Shown: piece by piece, positions 33,828-42,702 of the stretch
How the letters are laid out: every line of letters starts with the position of its first letter
How positions within the stretch are numbered: the stretch's first letter is position 1
Source: Wenzhouxiangella sp.
GTDB lineage: Bacteria > Pseudomonadota > Gammaproteobacteria > Xanthomonadales > Wenzhouxiangellaceae
NCBI GenBank assembly: GCA_007694885.1
Contig: REEW01000075.1
Span: 8,551-72,550 of the forward strand
DNA: 64,000 bases
Direction of reading: 5' to 3'
The notes under the pieces: generated by a model
Told to the model about the DNA's origin: nothing
Database searches by the model: none
The model's input: the letters and a program-made list of their open reading frames with translations, nothing else
Position numbers and translations under genes: made by a program

Positions 33828-35324
33828 ATGGACAAGATCTTCGACGATCTGCACATCTTCGAAATGGCCAACAACCACCAGGGGGACGTCGACCACGGCC
33901 TCCGGATCATCGAGGCGGCAGCCCGGCTGGCGCGCGAGCACGACGTTCGCGCCGCGGTGAAATTCCAGTTTCGCGAGCTTGACAGCTTCATCCATCCCGA
34001 CGCCAGGGGCCGCGACGACATCAAGCACATCCCGCGCTTTGAAAGCACGCGCCTCGATGAAGGCCAGTTCCGGCAGCTGGTCGAGGCGACGCGCTCGGCC
34101 GGCCTGGTGACCGTGGCCACGCCGTTCGACGAGGCGTCGGTCGGACTGTGCCAGGCGCTGGGAGTCGAGATCATCAAGGTTGCCAGCTGCTCGGCGACCG
34201 ACTGGCCGCTGCTGGAGGAAATCGCCGCCGCCGACCAGCCGGTGATTGCCTCGACCGGCGGTCTGTCGATCCATGAGATCGACAACCTGGTCACGTTTCT
34301 GCACAAGCGCGTGCCGGCGCTGGCGGTGATGCACTGCGTGTCGCTGTATCCGACCCCGCCGGAAAAGCATGCACTGAACTTCATGGGCAAGATGATCCGG
34401 CGCTACCCCTACGTGACGATCGGCTATTCGGGGCATGAGGCGCCCGACAATACCGACGTGGTCATGATGGCCGTGGCCAAGGGCGCGAGGCTGCTCGAGC
34501 GCCATTTCGGTGTCGCCACCGACGACATTTCGCTCAACCAGTATTCGATGGACCCGGAGCAGGCCGGGCGCTGGCTTGCCGCCGCCGAACGTGCGCGCGC
34601 CATTGCCGGTGCAGACGATAACAAGCACGTCAGCCCGGCCGAGCGCGAGGCGCTGCTGCAGCTTCAGCGCGGTGTGTATGCGCGCCGGGCGATCGCCAAA
34701 GGCGAAGTCATCGAAGCCAATGACGTGTTTTTCGCCATGCCTTGCCGGGAAGGGCAGCTGGCCTCCGGACCCTTCGGCCAGTACCGCGCCCGATTCGTGG
34801 CCAGCCGCGACTACGCAGAGAACGAGGCCGTGTTCGAGCAGGCCCAGCAGGACCCCTACACCGAGCTGCGCGGGATTTTGCACGACGCCCGAGGGTTGCT
34901 CTACGAGGCCGGGGTCGCCCTGGGCGACGACATCAGTATCGAGGTATCGCATCATTACGGCCTCGATCGGTTCCGGGAAACCGGCTGCGTGCTGATCAAC
35001 TCGGTCAACCGCGAGTACTGCAACAAGTTCCTGATCATGATGCCGGGGCAGGAACATCCGCACCACAAGCACCGGGTCAAGGAAGAGACCTTCCACATGC
35101 TCTGGGGCGATCTGGAAGTCGATCTGGAAGGCGATCTCATCCACCTGCGGCCGGGCGACAAGTTGTTGGTCGAGCGCGACCGGATGCACGCGTTCCGGAG
35201 CCGCGGGGGCTGCATTTTTGCCGAGATCTCGACCCGGTCGATCCGCAGTGATTCCTACTATGCCGATGAAACCATCGCGCGCATGGACCCGCTGGAGCGC
35301 AAGACCCTGGTCGACGGCTGGTAA
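33828..35324 (+). CDS. neuB: NeuB-family nonulosonate synthase with SAF and C-terminal cupin (D-lyxose isomerase-like) domains
   Basis: EMANNHQGD, VKFQ, TPFD, KVAS, STGG, HCVSLYP, YSGHE, ERHF; cupin QEHPHHKH..KEETF..H. Confidence 0.88.
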   Translation: MDKIFDDLHIFEMANNHQGDVDHGLRIIEAAARLAREHDVRAAVKFQFRELDSFIHPDARGRDDIKHIPRFESTRLDEGQFRQLVEATRSAGLVTVATPFDEASVGLCQALGVEIIKVASCSATDWPLLEEIAAADQPVIASTGGLSIHEIDNLVTFLHKRVPALAVMHCVSLYPTPPEKHALNFMGKMIRRYPYVTIGYSGHEAPDNTDVVMMAVAKGARLLERHFGVATDDISLNQYSMDPEQAGRWLAAAERARAIAGADDNKHVSPAEREALLQLQRGVYARRAIAKGEVIEANDVFFAMPCREGQLASGPFGQYRARFVASRDYAENEAVFEQAQQDPYTELRGILHDARGLLYEAGVALGDDISIEVSHHYGLDRFRETGCVLINSVNREYCNKFLIMMPGQEHPHHKHRVKEETFHMLWGDLEVDLEGDLIHLRPGDKLLVERDRMHAFRSRGGCIFAEISTRSIRSDSYYADETIARMDPLERKTLVDGW

Positions 35325-35331
35325 GCCCTGC

Positions 35332-36516
35332 TCAGGCGCTCACGGTCATCTCGGCCAGGGCGGCGACGATCCGGTCGACGTCGGCATCGCTGTGGGCCGC
35401 GCTCAGGGACAGGCGCAGCAGGTTGAGTCCGGACGGCGTTGCCGGCGGGATCATCAGGTTGGCATAGATTCCGGCCTCCAGCAGCCCGCGCCAGAGCGCC
35501 AGGGCCTCTTCCCGTTCACCCAGGATGATGGCCGCCACCGGTCCGGGTACGTCGCTGCCCAGACGGTAGCCGAGCTCGGCCGCGGCCGCATAGAGCCGGG
35601 TAAAGTTGCGCTGCAGCTGGGCGCGAAGATCCTGACCCTGGAGCACCCGGCGCAGGGCGACCCGGGTTCCGGCAATGGTTGCCGGCGAAGGTGATGCGGT
35701 GAAGATGTAGGGGCGGGAGGCCAGACGCATCAACTGCAGCTGCGGATGCGGCGAGACGCAGAAACCGCCGATCCCGGCCAGGCTCTTGGAGAAGGTTCCG
35801 AGCACGAAGTCCACCCGATCGAGCAGACCACTGCTTTCGGTCAGGCCGAGACCACGATCACCGAACACGCCGAACGAATGCGCCTCGTCGACCAGAAGCC
35901 AGGCGCCGTGGCGCTCCTTGACCTCGACGAAGGCTTCCAGCGGCGGCCGGTCTCCGAGCATGGAATACAGGCCCTCGACAACGACCAGGGCCCGGGATGC
36001 GTCCGCGCCAAGACGTGTCAGGCGCCGATCGAGATTGTCCGGATCGTTGTGTCGAAAGCGGATGGTCTCTGCGTGGCTGAGCCGGGCACCGTCGTAAATG
36101 CTGGCGTGGCTGTCGGCATCGATGAGCAGATAGTCGCCTTTCCCGGCCAGCGCCGAGAGCGTGCCCAGGTTGGCCTGGTAGCCGGTCGAAAACACCATGG
36201 CCGCCGCCCAGCCAAAGGCCGCGGCCAGTTCATGTTCCAGCGCCCGGTGCGCCTGGTAGCTGCCATTGGCCATGCGCGACCCGGTGGTTCCGGACCCCAG
36301 GCTGGACAAGGCCTCGCTCGCCGCGGCAATCACTTCGGGATCATAGGTCAGGCCGAGGTAGTTGTTGGTACCGGCCAGCAGGACTTCGCGCCCGTCGATG
36401 ACGCCGCGAGTAGGCGACAGCACGGCCTCGATGGGCGTGGCGATGGCTGCCGGAGAGCGCGTGCCCAGGCTGGCCTGGGCATCGGCCAGGGGCTGAAACT
36501 TGTCGAACAGGCTCAA
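35332..36516 (-). CDS. spt: Serine palmitoyltransferase (AOS family, PLP-dependent)
   Basis: GTNNYLGL, GSRMANG, STGYQAN, HASIYDG, DEAHS, GTFSKS; next to ACP, reductase and ligase; no bio genes nearby. Confidence 0.85.
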   Translation of the reverse strand: MSLFDKFQPLADAQASLGTRSPAAIATPIEAVLSPTRGVIDGREVLLAGTNNYLGLTYDPEVIAAASEALSSLGSGTTGSRMANGSYQAHRALEHELAAAFGWAAAMVFSTGYQANLGTLSALAGKGDYLLIDADSHASIYDGARLSHAETIRFRHNDPDNLDRRLTRLGADASRALVVVEGLYSMLGDRPPLEAFVEVKERHGAWLLVDEAHSFGVFGDRGLGLTESSGLLDRVDFVLGTFSKSLAGIGGFCVSPHPQLQLMRLASRPYIFTASPSPATIAGTRVALRRVLQGQDLRAQLQRNFTRLYAAAAELGYRLGSDVPGPVAAIILGEREEALALWRGLLEAGIYANLMIPPATPSGLNLLRLSLSAAHSDADVDRIVAALAEMTVSA

Positions 36517-36526
36517 GAGTAAATCC

Positions 36527-36772
36527 TCAGGTCAGCTTGGAGAGACGAACGGCCAGGTCGTTCAGGGTATTGACCTCGGCCAGAACATCGACCGGCACGG
36601 ACAGATCGAGTTCATCCTCGATTTCCATGACCAGGTTCATGATCTGGACCGAGTCCAGTCCGGCCTCGCTGGTCAGGCTTTGGGACCAGTCGATCTCGCG
36701 ATGCTCGGGCAGGGCCCGGGTCAAGGCGGCGGATATGGCCTGGCGGGCCAGCGCAAGAGTATCAGTCGTCAT
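36527..36772 (-). CDS. Acyl carrier protein (sphingolipid-dedicated)
   Basis: GLDSVQIMNLVMEIEDE phosphopantetheine motif; ~81 aa, acidic. Confidence 0.88.
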   Translation of the reverse strand: MTTDTLALARQAISAALTRALPEHREIDWSQSLTSEAGLDSVQIMNLVMEIEDELDLSVPVDVLAEVNTLNDLAVRLSKLT

Positions 36773-37689
36773 TGTCTCCAACCGGGTAATTCGGGCAAGG
36801 CGGACCGCAGGGTTTGCCGGGGTGTCCAGTCCGGCACCACGTCGCAAAGTCTACTATCACAGACCCAGTCGATGTGAGTAAGCTCTCGCACCTTGCCCGG
36901 GCCCAGTATCGCCGGACGTCGACGCAGGCGCGATCCCCCCTGGCTGGCCAGGCTCAACAGGTGCAAGCCCCACCGCGGCAGCGCTACGACCCGGACGCGA
37001 CGGCCCGAAACCTGCTCGGCGATGTCTGCGACATCGGCCCAGCTGTAGCCGTCGGGCCGACCGTCATCGAGGCAGCGCGTGCGTTGCCCCAGCCACGGCA
37101 GCCCGAGCAAATGATCGATGGCCCGGGACAGGTCATCGATGTGGATCAGGGAGAAACGGGCCTGTCCCGGTCCGGCCCGTAGCAGCCATCCGCGGGCCAG
37201 CATTTTCCATAGCGCGGCCAGGGCCTGATCCTTCGGCCCGTAGACCGCCGGCGGTCGCAGAATGAACCAGTCCAGCAGGCTGGTCGCCACCAGGTTTTCC
37301 GCGTCCCGTTTGCTGGCCGCGTAGTCCGACAGGGCCGGCTCGCGCGCGGCCAGGCTGGAGATGAAGATCAGACGAGCGCCCGGGTTGCGCTGTTCAAGGG
37401 CATGGACCAGGCGGCCGGTGCCGACGACGTTGACCCGGGCGAAGTCGGCGAAATTCCGCCCCGCAATGGCTCCGGCAAGGTGAACGACGCTGTCGGCATC
37501 GGTGATCAACTCATTCAGCGCAGCCTGGTTTTCCAGGTGCCCGCAGACTTCGGTCAGGCGAGGATGGCGGGCCAGCGTCCCGGTTTTGCGGGTCAGTGCG
37601 CGGACCGAGTAACCTCGATCCAGGAGCAGGCCGAGTACGGCGCGACCGATGAAGCCGGTGGCCCCGGTCAGGGCAACGACGGCGGTCAC
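36769..37689 (-). CDS. cerR: NAD-dependent epimerase/dehydratase family, putative ceramide reductase
   Basis: TGATGFIG, SSLAAREP, YAASK, RPPAVYGP; position matches the spt-acp-cerR-ligase block. Confidence 0.75.
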   Translation of the reverse strand: MTAVVALTGATGFIGRAVLGLLLDRGYSVRALTRKTGTLARHPRLTEVCGHLENQAALNELITDADSVVHLAGAIAGRNFADFARVNVVGTGRLVHALEQRNPGARLIFISSLAAREPALSDYAASKRDAENLVATSLLDWFILRPPAVYGPKDQALAALWKMLARGWLLRAGPGQARFSLIHIDDLSRAIDHLLGLPWLGQRTRCLDDGRPDGYSWADVADIAEQVSGRRVRVVALPRWGLHLLSLASQGGSRLRRRPAILGPGKVRELTHIDWVCDSRLCDVVPDWTPRQTLRSALPELPGWRQ

Positions 37690-37704
37690 GGCAGCAGCGC
37701 CATT

Positions 37705-39507
37705 TCAGCCCCTGGAGGGTTCGGCGGCTTCGGTGTGCGGCGTCCGATTGACCAGCTCGCGGGGCAGGAACTGGCGCTGCTCGAGGTCGTTGCGCTTGAG
37801 GAAATCCAGCCGGGCCCCGCTGCGCGACAGCTTGCCGGACGATGTCCGCGGAAGCGTATGCAGCGGCACCAGCTCGATCAGGCAGGCGATCCCGAATTCC
37901 GACTGGATCTTCTGTTTCAGGCGCTCGACCAGGTCGGCCTGGCGGAATGCGTTCTGCTCGCGGCATTGAACCACCAGGACCGCGACTTCGCTGCCGTCTT
38001 CGCTCGGAATGGAAAACGCCGAGGCATCCTCCGGGCGAACTTCGGGCTGTTGTTCGGCAACATATTCAAGATCCTGCGGCCAAATGTTACGACCATTGAT
38101 GATCAGCAAGTCCTTGGCTCGGCCGGTGATGAACAGGGAGTCGCCGGCTCGGTAGCCGACGTCTCCGGTATTGAGCCAGCCGTCCTTGGACAAGGCCACA
38201 GCCGTGGCTTCGGGGTTGTTGGCATAGCCGCTCATGACGCTTGGGCCGCGCAGGAAAATCACGCCGCACTCGCGTTCGGCCGCGCTCGTCCCGTCGTCTC
38301 TGCGGATCTCGACTTCGTATCCGGGCAGGTGCCGTCCGCAGTTGACGAACTCGGTCAGGCGCTGATCCTGATCACCGCCTGTGCCGTCGGCCGGCACGGC
38401 GAGTCGGTCGATGGCCAGCCGGTCGGCATCGACCAGGTCGGTATCGATCCCCTGGCCCAGGGGCGAGAAGCTGACCGCCAGGGAACACTCCGCCATGCCG
38501 TAGCAGGGCAGAAACGCCTGGGGACTGAACCGGGACGGCTGCAGGGCGTCGGCGAAGCCCTGGAGCCACGGCGCCCGGATCATTTCCGCGCCCACCCCGG
38601 CAACGCGCCAGGCCGACAGATCGTACTGGCCGACGTCGCTTGCGCGCAGACGGCGCGCGCACAGTGCATAGCCGAACGGCGGGCTGAAGGAAATGGTGGC
38701 GCGGTTGCGCGACATCAGGCTCAGCCACAGGCGCGGTCGCATGGCGAATTCCCGGGTTCCCAGGTAGTCGACCGACAGTTGCGAGACGACCGGACCCAGG
38801 ATCAGTCCGACCAGTCCCATGTCGTGGTAGTAGGGCAGCCAGGACATGAATCGGTCGCCGCGCCGGATCTGGACGCCGTACTGGAGAATGCCGGCCAGGT
38901 TATCCAGGACCGCGCGCTGGGTGATCATCGTGCCGCGCGGGAAGCGGGTCGAACCCGAGGTGTACTGCAAATAGGCCAGTTCGCCGGGTTGCGGCGCTTG
39001 CGGCAGGCATTCGGCCCGATCGAGGTTCTCGAACACCGAAAGCGGGCCGACCACGTCCAGCTCCAGGCCATCGGCAGCTTCGGCCAGGAAGGTGGCAAAC
39101 GAGTCCGGTGCGAAGGCGCCGCGCGCCTGGCAGTCGATCAGCATGGCCCGCAAGTGCTGCACGAACGCCTCGCGTCCTCCCAGGTGGACGGCGGCAGGCA
39201 ACGGCACCGGCACCAGGCCGGCGTACTGGCAGGCAAAAAACAGAACCAGGAAATCCGGATGGGTATCGGCGACCAGGGCAATTCTGCTGCCGCGCGGCAG
39301 GTTCAGCCCGTGCAGGCGGTGCGCCATCTCACAGGCCCCGCGCCGGAGCTCGGCATAGCTCAGCGCCCGCTGCAGTTCGCCGCGGCCATCATAGAAATTG
39401 CACCCGGTGGTTCCCTGGGCGGCGTAATCCAGCGCTTCGGCGAGGCTTGCGTAACCCGAGGTTTTCAGGGGCAAGGAGTTTTCGGTCGGGGTCGGCTGCG
39501 GCATCAA
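37705..39507 (-). CDS. Fatty acyl-AMP ligase / acyl-ACP synthetase
   Basis: YLQYTSGSTRFPRG, SWLPYYHDMGLVG, YGMAE, TGD, RTSSGK. Confidence 0.88.
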   Translation of the reverse strand: MMPQPTPTENSLPLKTSGYASLAEALDYAAQGTTGCNFYDGRGELQRALSYAELRRGACEMAHRLHGLNLPRGSRIALVADTHPDFLVLFFACQYAGLVPVPLPAAVHLGGREAFVQHLRAMLIDCQARGAFAPDSFATFLAEAADGLELDVVGPLSVFENLDRAECLPQAPQPGELAYLQYTSGSTRFPRGTMITQRAVLDNLAGILQYGVQIRRGDRFMSWLPYYHDMGLVGLILGPVVSQLSVDYLGTREFAMRPRLWLSLMSRNRATISFSPPFGYALCARRLRASDVGQYDLSAWRVAGVGAEMIRAPWLQGFADALQPSRFSPQAFLPCYGMAECSLAVSFSPLGQGIDTDLVDADRLAIDRLAVPADGTGGDQDQRLTEFVNCGRHLPGYEVEIRRDDGTSAAERECGVIFLRGPSVMSGYANNPEATAVALSKDGWLNTGDVGYRAGDSLFITGRAKDLLIINGRNIWPQDLEYVAEQQPEVRPEDASAFSIPSEDGSEVAVLVVQCREQNAFRQADLVERLKQKIQSEFGIACLIELVPLHTLPRTSSGKLSRSGARLDFLKRNDLEQRQFLPRELVNRTPHTEAAEPSRG

Positions 39508-39574
39508 TGCTGTAGATTCCCTTCTTTTGGTCTGTGCGGCCCTCAGGAGACCCGGTAAATCTCCCGGATCAACA

Positions 39575-39592
39575 GGTCATTATATGTTGACC
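39575..39592. promoter_or_regulatory. Operator-like palindrome overlapping a minus-strand TATAAT in the divergent promoter region
   Basis: GGTCAttatatgtTGACC (14/18 self-complementary); TATAAT on the minus strand at 39579-39584. Confidence 0.4.
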
Positions 39593-39703
39593 AGCGCCTA
39601 AAGGAAATATACATGCTTCAATCGAGCATTTCCGACGCAGCAGCGAGCCGGAATTGAGGGTACATTGAGCACTGATTCAATGCACGGGTTCTGAATTCGC
39701 TTC

Positions 39704-40837
39704 ATGGCTGCAACAGTCCACGTTGTGCCGGTCTGTTCAAGGCGCGACTGGCAGAGTTTTCATGCGTTTCCCGGACGGATCTATGCCGATGATCCGCACT
39801 GGGTCAAGCCTCTGCTGCTGGAGTCCAGGGCCTTGTGGTCGCCCAGGACGCCCTGGTTCGAACACGCCCGGGCCCAGGCCTTCCTGGCCTGGCGCGATCA
39901 ACGACCGGTCGGCCGAATCAGTGCCCAGGTCGATGACCTGCAGCCGCTCGAGCAGGGCCGCAAAATCGGCTATTTCGGCCAGTTCGAGTGCCTGGACGAC
40001 CGGGAGATCGCCCGGGCGATGTTTGCCCAGGCGGGCCGTTGGCTCTCCCGGCACGGCTGCGAGCGGGTCAGGGGACCCTACGATCTGGGCATCAACCAGG
40101 CCTGCGGGCTGCTGGTGGAGGGCCGCGACTCGCCGCCCATGATCATGATGGGTCATGCCCCGGCCTACTACCAGGGTCTGATCGAAGACGCCGGATTGGC
40201 CCGCGAGATGGATTTGCTCGCCTACCTGCTGCCGCCGGACTTCGATCCGCCGCAGGCGATGGTTCGACTGCTCGAGCGCAGCGCCCGGCGGGTTCGGCTC
40301 CGGCCCATGGATTTCTCGAACTTCAAAAATGAGATCAGTGTGTTGCGCGATATTTTCAACGATGCCTGGTCGGCCAACTGGGGGTTCGTGCCGCTGACCC
40401 GAGCGGAGTTCAAGCGCATGGGTGACGAAATGCGCAAGATCCTGAAGCCGGCCTATACCTGCCTTGCCGAGGTGGACGGTGAGCCGGCGGGTTTCCTCGT
40501 CGCGCTGCCCAATCTCAATGAGTTGATCCGCGATCTGGACGGCCGTTTGCTGCCGACCGGCTGGGCCCGGCTGCTCTGGCGTCTGGCGCGCAACCGGGCG
40601 AGCTCGGCCCGGGTTCCGCTGATGGGCGTGCGTCAGGTCTACCAGCGCGGTGCGCTCGGTGCGGCGATCAGTTTCGGCATGATCGACGCGGTGCGTCGTG
40701 CTTTGCATGCCGACGGCATTCGGCGGGTGGAGGTATCTTGGATCCTGGAAACCAACCGGGGAATGAACTCGATGATCGAGGCCATGGGCGGACAGTTGTA
40801 CAAACGATACCGGCTCTACGGCCGGGCACTGACCTGA
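39704..40837 (+). CDS. bcerS: Bacterial ceramide synthase (GNAT-type, YghO-like)
   Basis: IYADDPHWVKPL, GRISAQ, GYFGQFE, MMGHAPAYY, FNDAWSANWGFVP, SWILETN, YKRYRLY; divergent from the spt operon. Confidence 0.78.
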   Translation: MAATVHVVPVCSRRDWQSFHAFPGRIYADDPHWVKPLLLESRALWSPRTPWFEHARAQAFLAWRDQRPVGRISAQVDDLQPLEQGRKIGYFGQFECLDDREIARAMFAQAGRWLSRHGCERVRGPYDLGINQACGLLVEGRDSPPMIMMGHAPAYYQGLIEDAGLAREMDLLAYLLPPDFDPPQAMVRLLERSARRVRLRPMDFSNFKNEISVLRDIFNDAWSANWGFVPLTRAEFKRMGDEMRKILKPAYTCLAEVDGEPAGFLVALPNLNELIRDLDGRLLPTGWARLLWRLARNRASSARVPLMGVRQVYQRGALGAAISFGMIDAVRRALHADGIRRVEVSWILETNRGMNSMIEAMGGQLYKRYRLYGRALT

Positions 40838-40846
40838 GGCTGATCC

Positions 40847-41644
40847 GTGGTCGAAGATTTCGACGCCATCGTTCTGGCCGGCGACCGGGGGCCGGATGAC
40901 CCCCTCGCGCGCCATGCCGGTGTGGCCGGCAAGGCGCTGGTGCCGGTCGCCGGGACGCCCATGCTGACCCGGGTTCTGGCGGTGCTGGCGGGCTGGCCCC
41001 GGTTGCGCCGACTGGTGCTGGTCGCGCCCGATCTGCCGGCCTACCGCGAGGCCGCGGCCGGTGTCGCCGATTCGCGCCGCCTGATCTGGCTGGAGCCTTG
41101 CGCGTCCTTGAGCGCCAGCGTGCGCGCAGCGCTGGCGTCGACAGCCGGTGCCCAGCGCCTGGTGCTGACCGCCGATCACGCCCTGCTCGACCGGGCCTGG
41201 CTGGATCGTATGGCCGAAGCCGGGGAGCCCGGCGACGGCTTTGCCATGTCGATCGGCCTGACCGACTGGCACGGGGTCATGCGGCGCTTTCCCGGCAGTC
41301 GGCGGACCCGTTACCGGTTCAGCGACCGCAGTGTCTGTGGAACCAACCTGTTCGCCATCCACGACGACAGCGTCGAGGCCCTGCTGGAGGTCTGGCAGCG
41401 GGTCGAGCGCGAGCGCAAGAAACCATGGAAAATCCTCAGCCTGCTGGGCTGGGGCAATCTGGGCCGATACCTGGCCGGACGCCTTGATCTTGACGCAGCA
41501 TTCGCCGCGCTCTCGGTCCGTGTCGGGGTCGGTGTTCGACCGCTGCTGCTGGCTGATCCGCTCACGGCAGTGGATGTGGACAGCCCGGCCGATCTTGCGC
41601 TGGTCGAGTCGGTGGTCGCAAGAATGGATCAACAAACGTGCTGA
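40847..41644 (+). CDS. MobA-like NTP transferase (CpgD-like)
   Basis: AIVLAG, KALVPVAG, LTADHAL, DVDSPAD. Confidence 0.78.
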   Translation: MVEDFDAIVLAGDRGPDDPLARHAGVAGKALVPVAGTPMLTRVLAVLAGWPRLRRLVLVAPDLPAYREAAAGVADSRRLIWLEPCASLSASVRAALASTAGAQRLVLTADHALLDRAWLDRMAEAGEPGDGFAMSIGLTDWHGVMRRFPGSRRTRYRFSDRSVCGTNLFAIHDDSVEALLEVWQRVERERKKPWKILSLLGWGNLGRYLAGRLDLDAAFAALSVRVGVGVRPLLLADPLTAVDVDSPADLALVESVVARMDQQTC

Positions 41645-42702
41645 TCGAGCGCTATCTGGCCCGTGAGATTCTGCGCCCGGTACTGGGCGTGTTCTCGTTT
41701 TTGCTGGTGGTGGTCCTGGTTTTTTACGCCAGCCAGCTGCTCGCCCGGGCCGCCATGGAAGGGTTGCCCATGGAGATCGTGGCGCGCATGGCCGTTCTCC
41801 GCCTGGGTCTGTTTTTCGACGTGCTGGTTCCGATTTCCATGCTGCTTGGCATGGTGGTCGGCCTGGGTCGTCTGCAGGCTGCCCATGAAATCACGGCATT
41901 GGCTGCCGCCGGCGGCGGCAGGCGTCGAATCGTGATGGCCCTGCTGCTTTGGGTGGCGCTGCTGGCGGTCCTGGTAGCCCTGGCGTCCATGGTTTTTCGA
42001 CCCTGGGCTTATGCAAGCCTGTACGAACTGGAACGGGAACTGGCCGCTGAACTGAACCTCGACCGGGTCGAGCCCGGACGCTTCCAGGTCGGGGACGATC
42101 AGTGGCTGATTTATGCCGAGGCCCGCCGTGACGGTGTCCTGAAAGAGGTCATGGTGCGCCAGCGCGCCGATCGTTTCAGCGGCTTGCTTCGGGCCCAGCG
42201 TCTTACCCAGGAATACGAGGAGGAGGGCGCCTTGCGGCTGATCTTCGAGGGCGATGTGCGCAGCTACACCATGGCCGGAGACGGTGAACCGGATCTGGTG
42301 GCCGTTTTCGATCGCTTCGATGTTCTGCTGCAGGTGCGCGCGCCGCCGCGCCGGGAACAACTGCGGCGAGCGATGCCGACGAGCCGCCTGACCGGGACCG
42401 ATGAGCCGATCGAGATGGCTGAACTGCAGTGGCGCCTGGTCAGTCCGGTGTCGGTGATCGCGCTGGCGCTGGCCGGGATCGCCCTGAGCCGGATCAATCC
42501 ACGCCTCGGCCAATCGGCGCGGGTGCTGTCGGCCACCCTGGCCGCGACCGTGTATTTCAGCGGACTGGGCGTGCTGATCAACTGGATCGAGCAGGGCCAG
42601 CTGGCGTTCTGGCCCGGCGCTTTCCTCGCCCCGCTGCTGGTGCTGATTGCGCTGGTGGTGCGCTACTGGCTGGTCCAGCGCGGCCCGGGAGCGCCGTTAT
42701 GA
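41638..42702 (+). CDS. LptF/LptG family permease (LptF-like paralog)
   Basis: IERYLARE, EITALAAAG, PGRF, AELQWRL; 3 TM + periplasmic domain + 3 TM. Confidence 0.85.
   Translation: MLIERYLAREILRPVLGVFSFLLVVVLVFYASQLLARAAMEGLPMEIVARMAVLRLGLFFDVLVPISMLLGMVVGLGRLQAAHEITALAAAGGGRRRIVMALLLWVALLAVLVALASMVFRPWAYASLYELERELAAELNLDRVEPGRFQVGDDQWLIYAEARRDGVLKEVMVRQRADRFSGLLRAQRLTQEYEEEGALRLIFEGDVRSYTMAGDGEPDLVAVFDRFDVLLQVRAPPRREQLRRAMPTSRLTGTDEPIEMAELQWRLVSPVSVIALALAGIALSRINPRLGQSARVLSATLAATVYFSGLGVLINWIEQGQLAFWPGAFLAPLLVLIALVVRYWLVQRGPGAPL

Noticed and set aside
35332-36516. Alternative call as BioF or Kbl
   Set aside because: No bio or tdh genes nearby; the ACP/reductase/ligase/GNAT context and GSRMANG motif favour serine palmitoyltransferase, although phylogeny is needed to be certain.
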